Below are positions 34,422-43,320 of a DNA stretch of 64,000 nt, piece by piece (within the stretch, counting starts at the first letter, position 1; every line of letters starts with the position of its first letter). The notes below the pieces were generated by a model. That model made no database searches. It had not been told where the DNA came from and worked only from the letters and a program-made list of their open reading frames with translations. The DNA is from Tulanevirus 60ahydrpp (lineage: Duplodnaviria > Heunggongvirae > Uroviricota > Caudoviricetes > Straboviridae): the IMG/VR virus record IMGVR_UViG_2974724359_000001, positions 83,795 to 147,794 of that record. One strand, 5' to 3'. Both the position numbers and the translations under genes were made by a program.

Positions 34422-35396
34422 ATGCAAGTAACCATCAAAAACGGTCTTTACTTTGGTAATGTTGTTAACGGTACTTTCGAAACTAACGGAAACACCTGGT
34501 GGGATGCCGGCGAGAACGATCCTCGCGAAGGTAAAGTTAATGCCGTTCTGAAAGGTAAATCTCGGATGGTTTGGGTAAATCGCAATGACATCGTGATTAC
34601 CGAAAGTTTTGCTGGTGTTGCTCAAACTGACGTTGCTGAAGAAACTGTCGATGAAATGCGTTCTCGCATTACAAAACGATTCGATGTAATGGACAAAATG
34701 ACCGTAGGTCTTGTCAAAGGCACCATTCGTTCTCTGATTATCTCTGGTGCTCCTGGAATCGGCAAGACCTTCAGCTTGGAGAAAAAGCTGAAACAATCTG
34801 ATGAAATTGGCGACATCTCTTTCTCTTCCATCAAAGGAAAGTGCTCTCCCATCGGCCTCTACATCCACCTTTGGGAAAATCGCGATGAAGATTGTGTTGT
34901 GCTGCTTGATGACGTCGATGTGTTCTCCAACGAAGACACTCTCAACGTACTGAAAGCTGCTCTTGACACTGGCGAAGAACGCATCATCACATGGGGTACT
35001 GCCAGCAACTACTTGGCAGAACGTGATATCCCCAACAACTTCGAGTTCAAAGGTTCCATCGTCTTCATCACTAACGCTGACATCGATGCTGAAATCGATC
35101 GTGGCACTAAACTTGCTCCGCACCTCGATGCTCTGCAGTCTCGCTCCATCTACCTTGACCTTGGCGTTCACACTAGCCGCGAAATCATGGTTCGAGTGGA
35201 AGACGTAATCACTAAAACTGATATGCTGCAAAAACGCGGACTGTCTGAAGCACAAGTTGTTAACGCATTGGAATGGATGAAAGAGAACGTGGACCGCCTC
35301 CGCTCTGTATCTCTGCGGACTGCCCTCTACCTCGGCGATTTCATCAACACTGATAGTGATTGGGCCGATGTTGCTGAAGTTACACTCCTGAAGTAA
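34422..35396 (+). CDS. Early AAA+-type ATPase of unknown function
   Basis: Walker A SGAPGIGKT, Walker B VVLLDDVD, LKAALD, FITN sensor, ALQSRS Arg finger. Confidence 0.85.
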   Translation: MQVTIKNGLYFGNVVNGTFETNGNTWWDAGENDPREGKVNAVLKGKSRMVWVNRNDIVITESFAGVAQTDVAEETVDEMRSRITKRFDVMDKMTVGLVKGTIRSLIISGAPGIGKTFSLEKKLKQSDEIGDISFSSIKGKCSPIGLYIHLWENRDEDCVVLLDDVDVFSNEDTLNVLKAALDTGEERIITWGTASNYLAERDIPNNFEFKGSIVFITNADIDAEIDRGTKLAPHLDALQSRSIYLDLGVHTSREIMVRVEDVITKTDMLQKRGLSEAQVVNALEWMKENVDRLRSVSLRTALYLGDFINTDSDWADVAEVTLLK

Positions 35397-35403
35397 TACG
35401 GAT

Positions 35404-35430
35404 GAGCTGGAGGAATTCCTCCAGCTCCTT
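35404..35430 (+). terminator. Strong hairpin, probable terminator
   Basis: gagctggagg-AATT-cctccagctc. Confidence 0.6.
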
Positions 35431-35500
35431 AATATGGTTATTCATCTTAGTAAAAACAATCAAGCTGGTTCACACCAGTTAATCCAAATGGAGAAATGAA

Positions 35501-35821
35501 ATGAATCCGAAAAATGGTCTTATCATGAAATATTTTGGTAGTGCAGAAGTAAAGCCCCAAATTCCTACGGTTGAAGGTATTCGAGCAAATGCTCTTGAAA
35601 TTTTCAAGCAACTCGAAGATCGAATCGCCGCTGATTCGCAGACTCTTGACCAAATTGCTACTCGCCGACAAAACGAACTGCAAGCGCATGAACTTGCCAT
35701 CAAGAATTTGATGGAACGTCATTCGGCCATAATGAACAATTTGACCGCCGAACAAACCCTGGTGAGTGACTCCATCAAAGCTGCTCAAGTTATGAAGGCC
35801 AATATTGCTCAAATTTGCTAA
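35501..35821 (+). CDS. Hypothetical coiled-coil protein
   Basis: GGAG RBS; heptad-like composition. Confidence 0.7.
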   Translation: MNPKNGLIMKYFGSAEVKPQIPTVEGIRANALEIFKQLEDRIAADSQTLDQIATRRQNELQAHELAIKNLMERHSAIMNNLTAEQTLVSDSIKAAQVMKANIAQIC

Positions 35822-35828
35822 TAACCAG

Positions 35829-35854
35829 AGGGCTCCTGAGGAGCCCTAGTTTTT
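35829..35854 (+). terminator. Terminator
   Basis: agggctcc-TGA-ggagccct followed by agttttt. Confidence 0.7.
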
Positions 35855-35909
35855 GGAATCAATATGCATTTTTGGATGCTATTTGCGGCATGTTTGATTA
35901 GGAGAGATT

Positions 35910-36032
35910 TTGAATCCAGTTGCTAAACATGACTTCAACAAAGGTGGAGCTCATGTAGACAAGAAACGACGCTTAAAAGAAAAGCGCAAACAAAAACATA
36001 AGAAGGCGTACAATGATGGAACTAATTATTGA
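35910..36032 (+). CDS. Small basic protein, T4 asiA.1-like (40 aa, TTG start)
   Basis: NPVAKHDFNKGGAHVDKKRRLKEKRKQKHK; AGGAG RBS. Confidence 0.55.
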   Translation: MNPVAKHDFNKGGAHVDKKRRLKEKRKQKHKKAYNDGTNY

Positions 36033-36291
36033 TGTTTGGAAAATCGTAAGCGTTGCAATTGCAACGTTTATCGTAATGCGATTGATTTTAGTTGCTTTAG
36101 TTAGCAAAGGCTTTATTTCTGCAAGCGACCAAATCAACGAAATTTTAGAAAAATGGCAAAGTTTGAAATCTTCGGGTCAAGCGTTGTTTGGTAATTACAA
36201 CATTGTTGTCACCCCTTTGATCATTGCTCTCTTTCTTATTTTGATCACTCTGTTTTGGCCAATTGTGCTGTTGTATATTATCGCAAAATAA
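36013..36291 (+). CDS. Hypothetical membrane protein (two transmembrane segments)
   Basis: Two long hydrophobic stretches. Confidence 0.65.
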   Translation: MMELIIDVWKIVSVAIATFIVMRLILVALVSKGFISASDQINEILEKWQSLKSSGQALFGNYNIVVTPLIIALFLILITLFWPIVLLYIIAK

Positions 36292-36367
36292 AAAGGTATG
36301 TACTTTTTGAAAAGATTTTTGTAAAATGTAACATATCAAATTTTGCCGTATTGATAAGAGAAACAAC

Positions 36368-36643
36368 ATGTCATATAACGAAACAATAAAAGAAATCATT
36401 TCAATTGCGTCAGTTCTGATCAAATTTGGCTGTGAAGACATTCTGAACAATCAAGAACTTTTCGTATCATTCTTGAACGAATTGGGTTTAAAATCACCAA
36501 GTGGGGAAGAGTTCACTCGAGCTGGTTTTAGACAAATGATGAAGCGTCTACCAGCTGATCAGCGTGAAGAATTAGTAGAAATGTTCAACCAAGGTCATCG
36601 AGATGTTAATCATCAAATGGCCATGTACACAAACAGCAACTAA
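36368..36643 (+). CDS. asiA: AsiA anti-sigma70 / co-activator
   Basis: KEIISIASVLIKFGCEDI...FVSFLNELG...FNQG...MYTN match T4 AsiA. Confidence 0.93.
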   Translation: MSYNETIKEIISIASVLIKFGCEDILNNQELFVSFLNELGLKSPSGEEFTRAGFRQMMKRLPADQREELVEMFNQGHRDVNHQMAMYTNSN

Positions 36644-36652
36644 GGAAATATT

Positions 36653-36916
36653 ATGGAAATCGAAATCGATAAAAAGTACCGTGTAATCGACGCCTCTCGT
36701 TTTGAAAACGAGCACGGCATCAAAAATGGCCATGAATTCTTCGTGGATTCACTAGACGAGGATGGAGATATTTGGTCTCGCGGAATTGCTTGGAATGGAG
36801 TAGACGGCGACAGCAACGATGCTCCATACACCGGTTGGGCATTGCTGATGAAAGGCTATCAAGATCATTGTCCAGAAACACCAGCGGATTACTCAGGCGC
36901 TATTGAACAAGTATGA
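36653..36916 (+). CDS. Hypothetical protein
   Basis: AGGA RBS; ends at the convergent terminator. Confidence 0.7.
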   Translation: MEIEIDKKYRVIDASRFENEHGIKNGHEFFVDSLDEDGDIWSRGIAWNGVDGDSNDAPYTGWALLMKGYQDHCPETPADYSGAIEQV

Positions 36917-36947
36917 AAAAAGGGAACCGTAAGGTTCCCTTTGTTTT
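36916..36947. terminator. Bidirectional terminator where the early (+) and late (-) units converge
   Basis: A7-gggaacc-GTAA-ggttccc-tttgtttt. Confidence 0.85.
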
Positions 36948-37611
36948 ATCTAGCTCTACTCAAAAGTCTTTCGGCTTGATTGCAAATAACGAAAAGTTTG
37001 TTTTCATTAATTACTGGCTTTTTACGCCAAAACATCGATACTGCCCCAGCATAAACGTTGTCTAAGTTCACAATCGGGCAACTGTACATGTATTCAAACT
37101 CACTGTGCCCCGCAGGAAGAAACGCAAAATCCTTGTAATTGCTAAAATGTCTTCCTGACAAATGGACCATATATTCATTAGATGTTTTGTTTATTGGATA
37201 CCCGCCCTTTTCCATATCTACAAGTTCCAACGGCGTTTTCCCCTCCGTGGCGACCATGTCAACGAAATAGTTCAAGTTTCTAGGTCTAAAAGAAAATATA
37301 ACTGAAAAATCTGCTCGACTTGAAACATGTGCTATTTGAAGCTGTTCTTGTGTCGCTACCTCAAATTTTCTATCGCGTTCGGCTTGAAGAATTTCCTGGT
37401 AATTTTGAAAACGAGTATCTCGATAAACATTGAAGATTTCGTCCTTGTTGTACCAACTGAAACCAAGTATGAATACAAGGATCAGCAAAATTGCCCGATA
37501 AAATACAACTTCGCCGGTGACAGCGTCTTTGAACAATCGGTCCAGAATTTCCATCAGAATCCCCGCACGACCAGGGGTTTGAGTTCCCTGCGTTTGGTTT
37601 TCTGTACTCAT
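36946..37611 (-). CDS. t: Holin T
   Basis: LDRLFKDAVTG, single TMD, EQLQIAHVSSRADFS..FSFRP.NLNYFVD, YMYSCP, NQAERLLSRAR. Confidence 0.94.
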   Translation of the reverse strand: MSTENQTQGTQTPGRAGILMEILDRLFKDAVTGEVVFYRAILLILVFILGFSWYNKDEIFNVYRDTRFQNYQEILQAERDRKFEVATQEQLQIAHVSSRADFSVIFSFRPRNLNYFVDMVATEGKTPLELVDMEKGGYPINKTSNEYMVHLSGRHFSNYKDFAFLPAGHSEFEYMYSCPIVNLDNVYAGAVSMFWRKKPVINENKLFVICNQAERLLSRAR

Positions 37612-37674
37612 AAAGTTGTTACTCCTGTATAACAGCTCTATTTAATGCTTTCGGCACCTAACGGTGCCGAAATG

Positions 37675-38169
37675 TCATTTATAAGAATCCATTGTGCCAG
37701 TTAGTACAACTTTTGCAACTCGCATTGCCCTGTTGGGGGTTTGCTTTGCCCAAGATGAATTAAGCAATTCAGAGTATGCTTTAGACCAGTCCTTATTGGC
37801 TATGAATGCAAGTGATTTTTTGAATCCAGATAGACGAGGACCTCCCATTTGGAACATTAAGTTACAAATAGCATTTTTTCTAATAGGGTCACAAGCATCA
37901 TATGCTAATTTGATATTAGGGTATTTCTTGATTTCACTTTTGACCGTTTGAACATCAGAGTTAAACAGTGCACTACATTCACTCTCAGAGATAACCCCGT
38001 TCACCTGGCGACCAACCTGTTTACTCAATGTATGGTTTATTAAGGCCATATCAGATGTCTTCTGGGGTATAATCAGGTGACCTATCCCAATAGTAGGGTA
38101 CCCCAGATGGTCCCAATACACTTTCAAAACTCTTCCCTCATCGTAGATGAGCATGTCTTCTAACGTCAT
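37675..38169 (-). CDS. e: T4-type lysozyme (endolysin e)
   Basis: YDEG..LKVYWD..GYPTIGIGHL, NLMFQMG, SSWAKQTPNRA; ATG 38169 with GAGGAG RBS; no signal peptide. Confidence 0.9.
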   Translation of the reverse strand: MTLEDMLIYDEGRVLKVYWDHLGYPTIGIGHLIIPQKTSDMALINHTLSKQVGRQVNGVISESECSALFNSDVQTVKSEIKKYPNIKLAYDACDPIRKNAICNLMFQMGGPRLSGFKKSLAFIANKDWSKAYSELLNSSWAKQTPNRAMRVAKVVLTGTMDSYK

Positions 38170-38180
38170 ACGCTTTCTCC

Positions 38181-38882
38181 TCAATTATTTTCCGAATATT
38201 GACGTGTTTGGTGGCCAGAAAATGATTTAAACAGCTCGCCGTTATACGCCGCAAGATGGCCAGCGCCCGGCAAAGCCATATTCAAATATGGCGACCATGA
38301 CGAATTTTGACCTCTATCACCCACATCATGTTGATCAAAATCTCCATAGTTTCCGAATACTTCAAATTGTATTCGGCCTCGACCTGTCGGGTGTGCAAAG
38401 TTGAAAGTGCGCGAGCCATACCAGTCAGAAACATATTGATCTGGTGGCGTGTATACTCGAGTTTCTTGCCATGGCTGGTTATCCCATCTCCATCGTAGAT
38501 TAACGTATCCGAGATCTCCCCCGCGGTGGGAAGCCCGCCCGGTGCCAATGTACCCAACCTTTATAGTTGCACGTTGTACTTGAGTTAATTCTGTAGAGTA
38601 ACTGAAATTCTGATTGCGGTTATATGGATATCTAGAGCCAGACCACATGTAGCATCGCGAAGGTGATCTGCTTTTATTGAAATAGCGCGAAACCCATCTT
38701 CCGTTAGGACTTGCTCCTTGACCAAAATAGAACGATGACAGCTGGGGGTCTGCCGCGTTGCCTGCGGCTGATAGTCCGGCAAAGCGCCGGACGTTAGTAA
38801 ACCAATTTGGCTTTTTGATATCACCAGTATAACCAATCGCGTTATACCCTATGCTCCAAAATCGCCCATGTCGTTGAGACAT
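38181..38882 (-). CDS. Putative tail-fibre tip/adhesin protein (gp38-like position)
   Basis: Trp/Gly/Tyr-rich; downstream of the fibre; GGAGG RBS. Confidence 0.5.
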   Translation of the reverse strand: MSQRHGRFWSIGYNAIGYTGDIKKPNWFTNVRRFAGLSAAGNAADPQLSSFYFGQGASPNGRWVSRYFNKSRSPSRCYMWSGSRYPYNRNQNFSYSTELTQVQRATIKVGYIGTGRASHRGGDLGYVNLRWRWDNQPWQETRVYTPPDQYVSDWYGSRTFNFAHPTGRGRIQFEVFGNYGDFDQHDVGDRGQNSSWSPYLNMALPGAGHLAAYNGELFKSFSGHQTRQYSENN

Positions 38883-38896
38883 TTTGCCTCCTAATG

Positions 38897-39379
38897 TTAT
38901 ATAAAGTTCAACGCAGCAGTTACAGTATAAACTATTGTTCCGCCTTCAGTGGCAGCGAACTCGTAAGTTTGAGATCGAACTGTTCCCTTGTTTGGATTTA
39001 ATACGCCACGTTGCACGCCATCTACTTGATACCACCGAGCCTCTGTGCAGTTGACATATGTGATTCCACCATTTCGTATACGCACCCATGCCCTACCATT
39101 GAAAATGGGGTAAGATTTAACGGTTGTGCCATCTATATAAGTGTAGATTGTCTGATTGGTTGATGCATTATAGCTAAACGTCGCATCTGGCGGCGTATTG
39201 TTTCCAGTGACAACGGATTGTATAGAAGCAATCTTCTGAAGACGGGCCATACCAGCCAACTGCCCGAGTAAACCGGTTGTGCCAAGACCGGCTTTACTCA
39301 GAATGTTGGAGCCCCATCCATTGGCCTGGAACTCGGTGTTTGCCTGAGACAACCAGAAGGGAACGTTAGGTACGGCCAT
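38897..39379 (-). CDS. Putative gp38-like adhesin
   Basis: MAVPNVPFWLSQ...GW.S.I...AGL....LLGQLAGM resembles the N-terminal attachment domain of T2-type gp38; directly follows the S74 chaperone. Confidence 0.6.
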   Translation of the reverse strand: MAVPNVPFWLSQANTEFQANGWGSNILSKAGLGTTGLLGQLAGMARLQKIASIQSVVTGNNTPPDATFSYNASTNQTIYTYIDGTTVKSYPIFNGRAWVRIRNGGITYVNCTEARWYQVDGVQRGVLNPNKGTVRSQTYEFAATEGGTIVYTVTAALNFI

Positions 39380-42300
39380 ATTCCAACTCCTTCACCTTCT
39401 CGGAGAGTTCCTTGACTGCCCCCACCAGTAGCGCAATCAATGCGGAGTTTGATAGCGTCAGGATTTCGGTCCCGTCTTTGTTACTTGAATCCACTACACG
39501 AGTAACAGCTTCGGGTAGCACCTGCTCGACATCTTGTGCAATCAATCCGACCTCTTTTTTGTCGTACTCGGTGGCTTCAAGCGTCTGCTTCTTGTCGTAG
39601 GAGTAGGCGGTCAGCGATGACACCTTCCGCAGAGCATCCCGCACTTCCACAAGGTTCTTCTTCAATCGCCGGTCTGACCGGATGTAGACGTCATTTGCGT
39701 TCACATTTCCTGTCATAATCCCTGCATACGAACCGAATCCTTGTGTGTGGAAACGGAAGTCTCCTCCTTCCCAAAGATGCAGCGTACTGGCAAAGCGCCC
39801 TGGCATGTGGAACCCGATCCCGGGACGGCTGTCGATAGCGGTATTACCGTTCACCTCGATAGCGCACTGGTTGTAGTCGTTTCCCACAGCATTTTGTGCC
39901 ACGAACCTGTCGTTCTGTTTCACCAGCTCGTAAGGACCTCTCTGGGTACCGCCCTCCTGTCCGCCAATCCACGCTTGCGTTCCAGCAAAGTTGATAGCCA
40001 AGTATCCGAAGTATCCTGCTGCGTCTCCGTGAGCTTGGTTGAAGAGATATGTCCATCCAGTATTCGGAATGCCCGCAATGTTGGATCCTTGGAAGAAGCC
40101 CGACTGGCGGCGCAGAGGGGTGTCCCCTAGAACAGAGCCGATAACCCTGCCGTACTCTCCAAGACCGAACCCTGCCGGAGCCGCACCAACATCCGAGGCA
40201 GTGGGCTTACTCCTGTCACCGTATAAAACGCCTTGGTTAGAAGTACGAATCTTGCCAGAATAATCTATGGTAGCTATAGAAGTTTCTCCGACACCACCAG
40301 TAGAGACCTCAAACTCGCCCGCGGCGTTAACCGAAGTATGAAACCAAGCGCTATTACCATTGAAGTACCGAATTTTAGCGCCGTCAGTAACATTCAATAA
40401 ATTAGCGCTGCCACGGAATGCGACGACTCCACCCATTTCACCGCCAGCAATAGACAATGCGCCAACATCCGAGGCAGTCGGCTTGTTCCCTTCATGGTAA
40501 ATCTTGTAGGTAGCCCCACTTGCGCCACTACGCCATGTGAGAGAGTTATCAGCCCCTATCGTGCCCCCAATCCACAGGCGCCCTCGCTCAGTGCCATCAG
40601 GTGCTCTCCACACAATGTCTGCCATGTCGTCAGCAGAGGACCCTACAAGGTCAAGTATCCCTGTGACTCCTAGCATCCCGGATACAGTCCCACCAGCAAC
40701 AGGCAGAGCCCCGATTTCAGACAGCGACCAAGACACGTCACCCGCACCGTTAACGGACTTAGCAGCGTTGCCGATAGTCAGGGTGCGGGCTGTACCCCAG
40801 TTCGCCGTGGTGATGTTGCCGGAACCGTCAAAGTTGGTGCCGTTAATCTGGCGAGCCGTAGCCAGCTTGGTTGCCGTGGCCGCATTGCCAGCAAGAGCGC
40901 CCGTGAATGTCGGAGCGGTCACCCCAGCAGCCACGACCAGCCCTGTAGGCTTTAGTGACATCCAATCGGTAGTGTTCGCTCCGTTTACACTCTGCCACTT
41001 GAAGTATTCGTTACCGTTATCCCCGGTTTTGAACCACATGTAGCTGTCGGTGTCGTCGCCAGAGGCATTCTTGAAACCAATCTTCGCGTAATCAGAATTG
41101 AAGACCCAGCCCAGCTCGCAGGCAGCATCGACGAACGTAAGCCCACCGGTCATTGCATCGCCAGCTTTAGCAACCGCACCAACGTTAGTTGCAGAAATCG
41201 AAATATTCGATGTGCCATCAAATGGAACACCTGCAATAAGTCTAGCTGTCTGTAATCTAGAAGCCGTAACGGCATTTCCATTGACTGGAAGAGCTCCTAC
41301 TGCTTCTGGAGTTGGGTTATATCCGTTATCGTAAACACGATTGCTTCCGTTATAAGTACCAGAGCCTTTATCAAAATTCGCAAGAACAATGGTTTTTGTA
41401 TTTCCACTTACTTGGCCATTAACCGCAAAGATAGATGTTCCATATGTAACATCAGTTGCATAGGCGGTGACGGCTGTTTCGATATCGACTCTAACTCTTA
41501 TCGGGAAAGCACGTGTTTCAACGTAAACAACAAACCCATCTACGGCCTCAGATGGTCCGTGGATTGAGTGAATTGCTCTTTCTGATGTAGAATAAATCGT
41601 AAACTGGCCTACGGCATAACTTCCACCGTCACCCCATCCACTGGCGCGAACATTACCGGTAAATGAGCAATTGTTCATTGGATGCGACTCATGACCAGTC
41701 AAAGTATCGATGAAGACAAACGAATTGGATGTTCCATATGTTTTAAAAAGAACTGGAATATACCCGGAAGTCGGTGCTCCAGCAGGAAGTGCGATTGTCA
41801 AATCTTTCACACCTTTACCCGAAGCAGTAACGGTCGATTCAACAAAATCTCTGCGAGCAACAGAATTAGCTTCTGCTCCTTGTGCAGCAGACAAAAGAAC
41901 TTTTGGAACAGCCAAATTGCCAGACATAATGTCGCCGATTTTTTTGACGTAATCGGAGTGTGTATGACTGTCATTCGTTACGGTCACCGCCAAAGAAACG
42001 TTTGCACTACCATCGAACGATACCGAGCCAGTTGCGCCTCCAGTCAAACTGATAGTTCTTGCGGTTTGCAACTTGGATGCAGATACGGCATTTGCGCCGG
42101 CAGCTAATGCGCCAATTTCTGCAGGAGTAGGTTTATCAGCTTCGGTATAAATCTTTTGGTTTGCTAATTTAGTGCCTGCAGAGTCGTATGCGTATGTGTA
42201 CATACCATAACCGATACTTCCGTAATCGAAAGTAATACCGCGGGCATGTGCACCGTTACTGGAAGATGGAGTAGAAACGTTAATAGTCAAGTCACGGAAT

Positions 42301-43100
42301 CCGCTCAAACCATTGTGTCTGAAGAATCCAGCATAACCCATTGACAGGTTATGAGGTGTTCCCATATCAGACGATCTGCTCAGCAAATAACCAGTTGTAG
42401 CAGTATTGGTGTTCAGTCTGATGAATCTTGCGTCAGCCTCGGTCTGGTTATAGTATGGATTATCCATAGCAGAGCGTTGGATAAGACCGGTGTCGCTAAT
42501 CAAAAGTCCACCAGTCTTATTGTATACGGCGGAATCAAAGCGAATTTTAGTGGTAGTCATTCCATCTTGGGCATAACCGAGCACCAAATCAGTTCCGCCA
42601 GGTGCGCCAATGTACACGTTTTTAGACGAGTTTGCTCGAATAAACTGGACACTTCCATACTTTATATCAAAGTTTCCAGTATTAGCGGATACCAACGCTC
42701 CTTTCAGAGAAACATCGCCGTTAGATTTAGCGATTTTAAGCCCATCAAATGCCCATGAACCGTTGACGTCAGTCATTGCGACTTTAAAGTCACCAGCCGC
42801 ATCAGTTCCAACATATGACTGAAGCGTATTTCCCTTTGAAAAACGAATATAAGCAGGACCACTAACGCTTGACTTAAGCGCTAATGGGTAATCAGTGGAA
42901 GTTTCGATGTTCAGAGCACCTGACATAGTATCGCCAGCACGAGATACTACCTGAAGTTCATTTGCGCTCGGTTTATCGTTTTCCGAATAAATTCTTGCTC
43001 CCTTGTACAGGATAGCATTACCGCTTGGTACCAGTGCAAGATTGCCTTGGTGCCAAACAGGTGAACCACCGACAGTGGTTCCAACTTTTAAATCTGCCAT
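39366..43100 (-). CDS. 36/37: Long tail fibre distal subunit: gp36-like N-terminus fused to a gp37-like fibre with C-terminal intramolecular chaperone (peptidase S74)
   Basis: MADLKVGTTVGGSPVWHQGN matches the T4 gp36 start; KPT(A/P)xxVGA and TARxIxG..FDGS repeats; YIRSDRRLKKN...GLIAQDVEQVLPEAV. Confidence 0.9.
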   Translation of the reverse strand: MADLKVGTTVGGSPVWHQGNLALVPSGNAILYKGARIYSENDKPSANELQVVSRAGDTMSGALNIETSTDYPLALKSSVSGPAYIRFSKGNTLQSYVGTDAAGDFKVAMTDVNGSWAFDGLKIAKSNGDVSLKGALVSANTGNFDIKYGSVQFIRANSSKNVYIGAPGGTDLVLGYAQDGMTTTKIRFDSAVYNKTGGLLISDTGLIQRSAMDNPYYNQTEADARFIRLNTNTATTGYLLSRSSDMGTPHNLSMGYAGFFRHNGLSGFRDLTINVSTPSSSNGAHARGITFDYGSIGYGMYTYAYDSAGTKLANQKIYTEADKPTPAEIGALAAGANAVSASKLQTARTISLTGGATGSVSFDGSANVSLAVTVTNDSHTHSDYVKKIGDIMSGNLAVPKVLLSAAQGAEANSVARRDFVESTVTASGKGVKDLTIALPAGAPTSGYIPVLFKTYGTSNSFVFIDTLTGHESHPMNNCSFTGNVRASGWGDGGSYAVGQFTIYSTSERAIHSIHGPSEAVDGFVVYVETRAFPIRVRVDIETAVTAYATDVTYGTSIFAVNGQVSGNTKTIVLANFDKGSGTYNGSNRVYDNGYNPTPEAVGALPVNGNAVTASRLQTARLIAGVPFDGTSNISISATNVGAVAKAGDAMTGGLTFVDAACELGWVFNSDYAKIGFKNASGDDTDSYMWFKTGDNGNEYFKWQSVNGANTTDWMSLKPTGLVVAAGVTAPTFTGALAGNAATATKLATARQINGTNFDGSGNITTANWGTARTLTIGNAAKSVNGAGDVSWSLSEIGALPVAGGTVSGMLGVTGILDLVGSSADDMADIVWRAPDGTERGRLWIGGTIGADNSLTWRSGASGATYKIYHEGNKPTASDVGALSIAGGEMGGVVAFRGSANLLNVTDGAKIRYFNGNSAWFHTSVNAAGEFEVSTGGVGETSIATIDYSGKIRTSNQGVLYGDRSKPTASDVGAAPAGFGLGEYGRVIGSVLGDTPLRRQSGFFQGSNIAGIPNTGWTYLFNQAHGDAAGYFGYLAINFAGTQAWIGGQEGGTQRGPYELVKQNDRFVAQNAVGNDYNQCAIEVNGNTAIDSRPGIGFHMPGRFASTLHLWEGGDFRFHTQGFGSYAGIMTGNVNANDVYIRSDRRLKKNLVEVRDALRKVSSLTAYSYDKKQTLEATEYDKKEVGLIAQDVEQVLPEAVTRVVDSSNKDGTEILTLSNSALIALLVGAVKELSEKVKELEYGRT

Positions 43101-43167
43101 ATGGGCTCCCTTGTTTAACCAATGATTGGTGATTTCTTGTTATATTTAAAGCACTCAAATTAAAAGC

Positions 43168-43283
43168 AATCCTGGCTCCAGGTTCAAGCTTGCTTGAACT
43201 TATCTTTTTATCCTTTTAGTTATAATATCTATTAAGCCATAAAGGATAAGTTTTGGCGGGGCCAAAACCTGGAAGCCAGGATT
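43168..43283. repeat. Structured intergenic element, copy 2 (43-bp core 43207-43249, four mini-hairpins, 10-bp terminal inverted repeat)
   Basis: Core identical to 18727-18769; aatcctggct/agccaggatt ends. Confidence 0.85.
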
Positions 43284-43320
43284 TTATTCTATTTAAAGCA
43301 AACAAAGGGCCAAGAGGCCC

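Noticed and set aside
37649-37672. Hairpin between e and t as an intrinsic terminator
   Set aside because: No U tract follows on the transcribed (minus) strand.
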